From a virus (lineage: Duplodnaviria; Caudoviricetes): DNA of 36,014 nucleotides. This document shows, in pieces, positions 25,686 through 31,908 of this stretch (position 1 is the stretch's first letter; the number at the start of each line of letters is the position of its first letter). The notes beneath the pieces were generated by a model that saw only the letters and a list, made by a program, of their open reading frames with translations, was not told where the DNA came from and searched no databases. Position numbers and translations under genes: made by a program. Location: positions 1-36,014 of the IMG/VR virus record IMGVR_UViG_3300016667_000529; one strand, 5' to 3'.

Positions 25686-26407
25686 TATGCCGCCTCCAGT
25701 TCACGCATCCGCGCGTGCTTCGCGCCTGCCCCATGCGGTGCAATCACAATCGATGCCCGCGCCTTCCCGCTCATTCCCATGCACGCCTTGCAGCTTGCGC
25801 AGTCCGTCTTCTTCCCGGCCTCCGCCGATGCAGGACAGCGCACTTCCTTGCCGAACAGCAGCCCGGCACCAACCCGGAATGTGCGATAGCCCAGCGCCCG
25901 CGCCTCATCGCCCTCGTCCAGCGTGTCGGCCGATGCCATCACCAGCTTCGACCATGCGGGATCGATCCGCTTCCACTGGTGCGTATACCCGGTCCATCCA
26001 GCAGCGTGCTTCACCAGCTCCTGCCAGATAGCGCGCGGCGCTGCAGCCGGATCGCCATACGTGCCCAGCCGGACCATGCGCCCAGCCACCAGCTGCCCCG
26101 CATCCTCCGGGGTGACGGTCTCATAGACACCGCGCAGCCATGCCTGCCACACCGATGCCGGGCCATGCGCCAGCGTGACGTAGCAGCTGCGGCCATTACC
26201 CATGCCGTCGCCCCGATGTTTGCAGTCACCGCAGATCGATTCATCCGCACCGCTGCGCACCGCTGCAATCGGATGCCGATCAGCGCGCAGGATGTACGTC
26301 TGGATCATGTCACCAGTCTTGCTATTGCGGGACCGTGCCTTGAGACCAGTCACCACCACGATAATGCGCTTGCCGTCGATCATGGACGGGCCATCGTAAA
26401 TAATCAT
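25685..26407 (-). CDS. Gp88-like Cys-rich protein (putative Fe-S / radical-SAM-like fold)
   Basis: NSKTG, CGDCKHR..CYV, RLGTYGDP, GYTHQW, MASAD, CPAS..CASCKAC; RBS AGGGG before the ATG at 26407. Confidence 0.7.
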   Translation of the reverse strand: MIIYDGPSMIDGKRIIVVVTGLKARSRNSKTGDMIQTYILRADRHPIAAVRSGADESICGDCKHRGDGMGNGRSCYVTLAHGPASVWQAWLRGVYETVTPEDAGQLVAGRMVRLGTYGDPAAAPRAIWQELVKHAAGWTGYTHQWKRIDPAWSKLVMASADTLDEGDEARALGYRTFRVGAGLLFGKEVRCPASAEAGKKTDCASCKACMGMSGKARASIVIAPHGAGAKHARMRELEAA

Positions 26408-26447
26408 ATCCGTTCCCCTCGTCAAAGCGGGCCATCAATGCGTCTAT

Positions 26448-26475
26448 TAAATACTCTCAATTTAACGGGCGTCAA
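26448..26475 (-). promoter_or_regulatory. Putative sigma70 promoter
   Basis: TTGACG-16 bp-TATTTA in an AT-rich intergenic gap. Confidence 0.5.
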
Positions 26476-26720
26476 CCCCTGTTAAACAGCGCCTCCGTTT
26501 CCTCATACGTCAGCGCCTCGGGACCGCGCCCGCGCCACGGATCGTGCAACAGATCCCGGTCAATGCCCAGCTCGTCGGCCAGCGCGCAAGCCCGGTCCAG
26601 CGGCATGGAATTCGCTTTGATCCATGCGTATACCGCGACGTGCGATATACCCAGCCGATCAGCCAGCGGCCGCGCTCCACCCAGCCGGGCAACGATTGCC
26701 TTGATGCTCGCTCGTTTCAT
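26472..26720 (-). CDS. Cro/YdaS-like HTH protein
   Basis: LGGARPLADRLGISHVAVYAWIKANSMP..GIDRDLLHDPW. Confidence 0.85.
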   Translation of the reverse strand: MKRASIKAIVARLGGARPLADRLGISHVAVYAWIKANSMPLDRACALADELGIDRDLLHDPWRGRGPEALTYEETEALFNRG

Positions 26721-27139
26721 TCTGCCACCTCCTCGAATGCCGAGCCATCCAGCGCGGCCTTGAACCCTGTCACCAACATCGCAATCGTCTGGTCCAGCGT
26801 ATACGGATAGCTCGTTGCCTTGCGCCGGTGAAACCGATTAACATCCGCTCCAGCCCACCCCTTCAGGGGTCGCACTGCCCCGAACCATGACAGCAGCGGC
26901 GTCGGCCAGTCCTTCGACACGGACAGCGAAACCTCCAGCACGCCCGGCACAGCAAAGGCCAGCCTGCATTCGTGCCAGTTACCTTTCGGGGCTACGAAAT
27001 TCCTGCGCCTACCCAGCCATACCAGCCGCGTCAGCTTCACCCCCTCGATTGCGTCCAGCGCCTTCAACAGGTCATCAACAAACCGCTTGCGCTGCGCCTT
27101 CCATCGCAGCTCCGTCACCTCCGTATACCGCTCCATCAC
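26717..27139 (-). CDS. Hypothetical protein
   Basis: GGAGG RBS, coupled at both ends; WFG..DVNRFHRRKAT motif. Confidence 0.7.
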   Translation of the reverse strand: MMERYTEVTELRWKAQRKRFVDDLLKALDAIEGVKLTRLVWLGRRRNFVAPKGNWHECRLAFAVPGVLEVSLSVSKDWPTPLLSWFGAVRPLKGWAGADVNRFHRRKATSYPYTLDQTIAMLVTGFKAALDGSAFEEVAE

Positions 27140-27693
27140 ACCACCTCCACGTTATACTGTCGCCACGACGGCCAGCGGAAATACCCGCCGAACCCGTCCA
27201 CCTTGAACAACGGTTTCGTCCCTGCCCGCAGCACCGTGACCTCCCGGAGCGGGATCCCGTCGATCGTCGGCACGCTCTCGTTCGCAATGCGCAGCCGCAT
27301 ACCCTCAGCCAGCTTCGGCAGGGCCGCGCGCCGGGCATGATACTCGCGGCACTTCGCGCGCCATCCATTCGCGTATGCGTTCTCGGTCGGCGTCAGCGCG
27401 TCCAAGATCCGCACCGGGCAGCGCCATGCGTATGGGCCCATTTCCTCGGACATATCCTTATACCCGAACGTCAGCCCATCGCGCGCCCTCGGGTGAAACT
27501 TCAACAGAAACACCGCGCACCAAACCTCGCGCGTCCCATCCGGGCGCACCCATTCGACAGCCGCATAGTATTCGGTGCGATTCACAATCGCACTGTCCAA
27601 CACGCGCCGCGCACCGCTCTCATTCGCCCACGTCAGCGAGCGATCCAGATCCTCGCGCACGTTCAACGGCTTTTCCTTAAACGTCCAACCCAT
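27136..27693 (-). CDS. DUF6927-like protein
   Basis: MGW.., YYAAVE, FGYKDMSEEMGPY..CPVRILDAL..WRAKCRE signature; AGGAGG RBS. Confidence 0.75.
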   Translation of the reverse strand: MGWTFKEKPLNVREDLDRSLTWANESGARRVLDSAIVNRTEYYAAVEWVRPDGTREVWCAVFLLKFHPRARDGLTFGYKDMSEEMGPYAWRCPVRILDALTPTENAYANGWRAKCREYHARRAALPKLAEGMRLRIANESVPTIDGIPLREVTVLRAGTKPLFKVDGFGGYFRWPSWRQYNVEVV

Positions 27694-27702
27694 ATCCGCC
27701 TC

Positions 27703-27903
27703 CTATAATCCCGCGCCGTCAATGCGCACCGGCTTACATTCCTGTAGCGCCCGGGCGGCCTCACGCTCGCCCTCAAGCCACAGCCAAGAGATAGCCGCAT
27801 CAATATCCCGGAAGGAATGCAGCTTCTTCCGCTCCTCATCGCTCAACAGGAACGCATCCGTTCCAGACCAGCCATGCCAGCGCCCGTATATAAACGCGCC
27901 CAT
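27703..27903 (-). CDS. Hypothetical protein
   Basis: Coupled ORF with GGGG RBS. Confidence 0.6.
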   Translation of the reverse strand: MGAFIYGRWHGWSGTDAFLLSDEERKKLHSFRDIDAAISWLWLEGEREAARALQECKPVRIDGAGL

Positions 27904-27995
27904 CAGACCGCCCCTTCCCTAAACACCAGCGCCACCACCAGCAGCACCAGCAATCCAACCAGCAACAACGTGCCGTCCGTTCCTGTCAGTGTCAT
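27903..27995 (-). CDS. Single-pass membrane micro-protein (30 aa)
   Basis: MTLTGTDGTLLLVGLLVLLVVALVFREGAV; ATGA and TGATG coupling at both ends. Confidence 0.6.
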   Translation of the reverse strand: MTLTGTDGTLLLVGLLVLLVVALVFREGAV

Positions 27996-28369
27996 TCGTC
28001 CTCATCCCAGTTCACGGGCTGCGAGTAATCGAACACATCGTCGTCATCGATCAGCGGCTGTTCTGCAGCGTCTGAATACGGATCATCCCCCTGCAGCAAG
28101 CGACCCATCTGCAACGGCGTCAGCCGCCGACTATCACCCCACGGATCATGCAACCAATCGCGGTCAATACCCATCATCAGAGCAATCACCTCCGCATGGC
28201 GCGTCGGTATGCTGTTCGCCTTCACCCACTTCGAAACAGACGGATGAGAAACCTTGAAACGACGTGCCGTCGCAACCACACCGCCGAAGTGCTGCACCAG
28301 TGCCCCGATGTCCAATCGTCCACCAGTCTCACCACCACATACCCGGCAAATCGTCCTCTGATCGTCCAT
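27992..28369 (-). CDS. Cro/YdaS-like HTH protein with N-terminal CxxC and acidic tail
   Basis: FGGVVATARRFKVSHPSVSKWVKANSIP..GIDRDWLHDPW; GGAGG RBS before the ATG at 28369. Confidence 0.8.
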   Translation of the reverse strand: MDDQRTICRVCGGETGGRLDIGALVQHFGGVVATARRFKVSHPSVSKWVKANSIPTRHAEVIALMMGIDRDWLHDPWGDSRRLTPLQMGRLLQGDDPYSDAAEQPLIDDDDVFDYSQPVNWDEDE

Positions 28370-28405
28370 ATTTTCCTCCAATCCGCAGCTACAACTTTCG
28401 AAAAA

Positions 28406-28434
28406 ACGGTAACCTGACGGGAACCGTTCGTCAA
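28406..28434 (-). promoter_or_regulatory. Putative sigma70 promoter
   Basis: TTGACG-17 bp-TACCGT upstream of the Cro-like gene. Confidence 0.55.
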
Positions 28435-28736
28435 TGGGTACGTAATTTTATTTCCGCATGCATAAAATAGCATGTCACCGATTGGTTACGTGTTCCGTTT
28501 AGGTTACGGAGTCTGTTCCTCTAATTTTAATCCGTCACTTAAAAGGAACGGTGATAAGTGCCCACAAACGCTGGATAATTTCCAAAAACGGGGCAACCGT
28601 AACCCAGAGTGCACAGGAACAGCTACAGGAAAATATAGCTATATAGAGAGAAAAATACCCCGTAACCAAAAGGTTACCATTTTTCCAATTATAAATATAT
28701 ATTTATTGGAGCAGATATATATATATATATGGGGAT

Positions 28737-28760
28737 CTGCCGCGTTTCGGCGGTTTTTTT
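28737..28760 (+). terminator. Intrinsic-terminator-like hairpin on the non-coding strand
   Basis: CTGCCG-CGTTT-CGGCGG hairpin (one G-U pair) followed by a T-run. Confidence 0.4.
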
Positions 28761-28857
28761 AACAGATCCGCCGATTTCTGCGTAGCGGATTTTCCAAAAA
28801 ACGGGAGAAACGCCACGGGACGGCGCTGTTCCCGATATTTCAGTAAACCGCCTGGGT

Positions 28858-29064
28858 TTATTTTACGGCCGCGATTTTGCCGCCCTCCATCACGACGTTG
28901 GCGAAGAATTCCCGCTTGTGCCCGGTCATGTGTGGCCGGTTGCATCCGGTCAGCGTGCCGTCGGCGCGGTATTCCGGGCCGAACATGGATGTTTCGCGGT
29001 AACGCAGGGGCTGGCCGATGCACTCACGCAGGGCTTTCTTGGTCGGATAGTCGAAGATCAACAT
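28858..29064 (-). CDS. Conserved phage hypothetical protein
   Basis: YPTKKALRECIGQPLRYRETSMFGPEY..FFANVVMEGGKIAAVK; GAAAGG RBS. Confidence 0.75.
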   Translation of the reverse strand: MLIFDYPTKKALRECIGQPLRYRETSMFGPEYRADGTLTGCNRPHMTGHKREFFANVVMEGGKIAAVK

Positions 29065-29201
29065 GATGGTCGCCTTTCATTGTGCCGTATTTTGCCCTCA
29101 GAGGGGCCCTACAGCGCGTTCATGGGGTTGCCCGCTAGGTAGGTAGCCCAGAGCACGATATTCGCGCTGAGAACGCCTCCTAGCGGATTTCTGTAAATTA
29201 T

Positions 29202-29372
29202 TTACAAGCGGTGATCCTGCCCACAGGCGGACATAAACCGCGCCAGTTCGAAGCGCGGATTGCTGCGACGCAGCGCAAACCCGATAGACCGGGCAATCGT
29301 GTAAGCGCTTGCATTGTCCGCGCCAGCCTCTCGGATCGCGTCGGCAATCAGAATGAAATCCTTACGTGTCAT
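29202..29372 (-). CDS. Small early protein (56 aa, not in ORF track)
   Basis: MTRKDFILIADAIREAGADNASAYTIARSIGFALRRSNPRFELARFMSACGQDHRL; MTRK.F..IA..NPRF...RF..AC phage pattern; AGGGG RBS. Confidence 0.75.
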   Translation of the reverse strand: MTRKDFILIADAIREAGADNASAYTIARSIGFALRRSNPRFELARFMSACGQDHRL

Positions 29373-29383
29373 ATCGGTTCCCC

Positions 29384-29560
29384 TCAGCTGTGCGTGTATC
29401 CATCGCGTTCAATCCCGAGCCACATCCCGGCCCACTGCAGCATGATGCAGTCATGCCCGGGCAGAACGGCGCGGCGGATCTCGCGATAGGTGCGGCCATC
29501 AGCGCCGCGCCGGTGAATCCGAAGAAGCGCTTCGCGTTGCTTACGTGTAATCGGAAACAT
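29384..29560 (-). CDS. Small early protein (58 aa, not in ORF track)
   Basis: MFPITRKQREALLRIHRRGADGRTYREIRRAVLPGHDCIMLQWAGMWLGIERDGYTHS; GMWLGIE.DGYTHS C-terminus; AAGGA RBS. Confidence 0.75.
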   Translation of the reverse strand: MFPITRKQREALLRIHRRGADGRTYREIRRAVLPGHDCIMLQWAGMWLGIERDGYTHS

Positions 29561-29651
29561 ATCGGTTCCTTTCCCCTATAGTTAACCAGTGCAGCGCCAC
29601 AGCGCCGGACAGATTAACCATATAGGTCAATCCCCTCGCCTCCACACGTTC

Positions 29652-29770
29652 GGGGATGGAACGCATCCCCTAGGGAAACAGTGGCCTTGCAATCGGCCCA
29701 CGTGGCAATGACGCCACCAGAAATCCCGTTGTCAGCGGGCGGGCGGTTAAGCCCTTGCTGGAAAACCAGC
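29652..29770 (-). other. Array of six consecutive short hairpins
   Basis: Stems at 29652-70, 29683-98, 29702-17, 29725-39, 29741-54 and 29757-70. Confidence 0.6.
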
Positions 29771-29788
29771 CAATTACACTAGAACGGA

Positions 29789-30007
29789 TTAACGCGAGAC
29801 GCCCTTGCCGACAGCTCGTGCAGCATACTCGCCGCGATAGACGGATGAAATCATCCCTTCCGTGCGCTCACGCCGGTTGACGCGAGTCAGATTCTCATCG
29901 CGGATTGCCCGTTGCTTCAAGACCAGCGCAGTATTGTGCGCATCACAGGCCTTGAGTGCATCGCGCCGGGCCTTCGCCTTCCGGCGTTGGTTGCGAGTAA
30001 GTGCCAT
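29789..30007 (-). CDS. Arg-rich basic protein (72 aa), first gene of the early arm; possible N-like RNA-binding protein
   Basis: MALTRNQRRKAKARRDALK..; RBS GAAAGGGA before the ATG at 30007. Confidence 0.7.
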   Translation of the reverse strand: MALTRNQRRKAKARRDALKACDAHNTALVLKQRAIRDENLTRVNRRERTEGMISSVYRGEYAARAVGKGVSR

Positions 30008-30103
30008 GTTAACCGTCCCTTTCGGTGGGCCTTGCGGCCCTAGGTTTATGTAAGCTTTCCGGGGAAAGCCTCTCTTGCTAGTCGTCAAACCAGCGATGCA
30101 TTA

Positions 30104-30131
30104 ACAGTAATTCAATCAACTCACTTGTCAA
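30104..30131 (-). promoter_or_regulatory. Early promoter P2
   Basis: TTGACA-16 bp-TACTGT. Confidence 0.65.
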
Positions 30132-30134
30132 GCG

Positions 30135-30475
30135 TTTTGTTTGACGCTGGTTTGCTGCAATGGCGCGGCGTACACTCGGACCGCCACCCGCAAACCTAGT
30201 CGAAACATAGTGGCGACTGCGCCACCCGCTTAGTTGATCAGGACCGCAACCGCTGGCCCGCTTGGTAGGGGACTAAATCCCCGTTTCGCCTTACCGCCCC
30301 TTGGGGTCGTTGGAGCGTATTCCCGCTGCCTTTAGCCCTGCGGTCCTGATCTATCTCGGCAGCGGCTAGGGGAAGCATTCACTCCCATCCGGTAACGGCG
30401 CAACCCGCTATCCCTAGCCTTCTGCCTTCTCAGCGAAACCAGCTGATCACTGCCGTGGGGTTTCGCTTTCGATGT
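30135..30475 (-). ncRNA. Putative ~330-nt highly structured RNA (ncRNA or leader) between P1 and P2
   Basis: Five non-overlapping helices, including a perfect 13-bp stem (30236-48/30339-51); no credible ORF. Confidence 0.65.
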
Positions 30476-30479
30476 CCCT

Positions 30480-30540
30480 ACAATACCGATTTGATTGATT
30501 AGGTCAATACAGTATTTTCGATTAAAAATAAAAAAATAAT
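30480..30540 (-). promoter_or_regulatory. Early promoter P1 with UP-like element
   Basis: TTGACC-16 bp-TATTGT (30507-30480) preceded by an A/T tract at 30513-30540. Confidence 0.7.
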
Positions 30541-30609
30541 CGAGCAAGCCGATCAAGCCCTACGCAAGCAAGCAAGATCCCGCGATTGCGCGCGTGATTG
30601 ATAACATCA

Positions 30610-30730
30610 CCCCGCCTGCCCCCGCCCACGCGCTTGCCCGCCAGCGCACGCACGCACGCGCACCACGCGCACGCACGCATCATGCACGCCCGCGCACCAG
30701 CCCGCGCGCCCACGCACCCCCACCCACCGA
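30610..30730. repeat. C-rich (CGCA/CACG)n low-complexity tract in the divergent control region
   Basis: GCGCACGCACGCACGCGCACCACGCGCACGCACGCA; almost no T on the + strand. Confidence 0.7.
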
Positions 30731-30898
30731 GAATCTCAGGAAGGCCGGGGGTAAATATAGATATATACCCAACCACACCCGCATTCTGGGAATTTTCCGC
30801 CCGCCCCCAGCGAAACCATTCTGGTTACCCCACCCCTGAGATCACCCCCGGTAGGGGCACCCTGTTTGGTTCCATACCCAGCGCGCCGGGATTTCGCG

Positions 30899-30963
30899 GC
30901 CGAGATTGACACAGTTCGAGATTCCCCGCCGAGATTGACACAGTTCGTAGACAGGATTATCTA
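30899..30963 (+). promoter_or_regulatory. Putative late promoter with duplicated -35 module
   Basis: 20-bp direct repeat GCCGAGATTGACACAGTTCG at 30899 and 30928; the second copy gives TTGACA-17 bp-TATCTA. Confidence 0.6.
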
Positions 30964-30969
30964 CCGGAT

Positions 30970-31530
30970 ATGGAAGACGATCTGGAGGCTCTGCTGGCTG
31001 GAGTGCCTGATGAGGCGCTTCCGTTTGATGTCACACCCTCTTCCGGGCCTGAGCCGCTGCAGTTGCCGGCGCCGAGTGGTCGGTTGTCGCCTGAGGAGAT
31101 TTTTGCGCGGACGTATGTGCGCAATGGGAATGACGCGGCGGCTGCGGTTCGCAAGGCTGGTCTGCAGGACGCGCGTTATGACATGGAGTACGTGGTTCGG
31201 GGCTTGCTGAGCCGGCCGGATGTGCAGGCGTATATTGAGCGTGCGCAGGACATGGTGGCGGCGGATCGGGATGTGGGCCGATATACGCGGGAGTTTTTCC
31301 TGCACGGCTTGCAGGAGGTGCGTGAGAAGTCGATGGATGCGAACCAGTTCGCGAGTGCGATATCGGCGACGAAATTGCAGGCTCAGCTTCTGGGGATGCT
31401 GGAGCAGACGGTTAATGTGAACCACAGTGTGTCGCCGCGTGAGCTGTCGCTGGCGGATTTGCGGGCGATGGTGGCGAAGCACGCGGTGGTTGATGGTGAG
31501 ATGAGGGTTATTAACGATGGCGGTGAGTGA
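30970..31530 (+). CDS. terS: Terminase small subunit
   Basis: EEIFARTYVRNGNDAAAAVRKAG..LLSRPDVQAYIE..AISATKLQAQLLGML; lies upstream of terL. Confidence 0.85.
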   Translation: MEDDLEALLAGVPDEALPFDVTPSSGPEPLQLPAPSGRLSPEEIFARTYVRNGNDAAAAVRKAGLQDARYDMEYVVRGLLSRPDVQAYIERAQDMVAADRDVGRYTREFFLHGLQEVREKSMDANQFASAISATKLQAQLLGMLEQTVNVNHSVSPRELSLADLRAMVAKHAVVDGEMRVINDGGE

Positions 31531-31705
31531 CGAGGCGTATTTCGTGCCGATGACGTTTGATGCCGATCTGGAGGTGAACGTGATGGCGCTGATCGATGTG
31601 ATGGAGGGCCGTGCGATCCCGCCGGCTGGCGCGTGGGATGATATCAAGGAGCAGGTCGCCGATTGCCTGAAGCAGTTCGTGGAGCTTCGGCGTGCTGAAG
31701 GTTGA
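31517..31705 (+). CDS. Hypothetical protein
   Basis: GAGG RBS; overlaps the terS end. Confidence 0.55.
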   Translation: MAVSDEAYFVPMTFDADLEVNVMALIDVMEGRAIPPAGAWDDIKEQVADCLKQFVELRRAEG

Positions 31706-31895
31706 GCAGACCCTGTCATGCGATATCTGCGGGGCTGAGATCGCGACGCTGAGCCAGACGGTGCATCGCGGGACGGCGATCCAGTACGTTGACGGCGCCA
31801 GCCCCGGCGTGACCGGGTGGCGCGACGTCTGCTCGGAATGCTTCGGTGATTTGTCGCGCGCATTCGTGGAGCTTCGGCGTGGCCGGGCCGGGTGA
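31692..31895 (+). CDS. Small zinc-ribbon protein
   Basis: CDICG..DVCSEC; GGAG RBS before GTG. Confidence 0.65.
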   Translation: MLKVEQTLSCDICGAEIATLSQTVHRGTAIQYVDGASPGVTGWRDVCSECFGDLSRAFVELRRGRAG

Positions 31896-31908
31896 AGTTA
31901 CGCCCGCG

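Larger units (their letters stand above)
28395..28810. other. AT-rich repeat region; candidate replication origin
   Basis: GTAACC at 28409, 28599, 28662; GGTTAC at 28484, 28502, 28672; TTTC(C/G)AAAAA(A)CGG three times; (TA)n tract at ~28715-28730. Confidence 0.55.

Noticed and set aside
28222-28762. ORFs crossing the AT-rich region (28222-28473, 28472-28762)
   Set aside because: Low-complexity, atypical composition and no RBS; the region is better explained as regulatory or origin DNA.
29652-29770. CRISPR-like or repeat-spacer array
   Set aside because: The hairpins share no repeated sequence and no regular spacing; no cas genes are present.
30332-30909. ORFs in the control region (30332-30556, 30522-30776, 30594-30839, 30598-30909)
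   Set aside because: They cross promoters, structured RNA and low-complexity repeats, use weak starts and lack an RBS.
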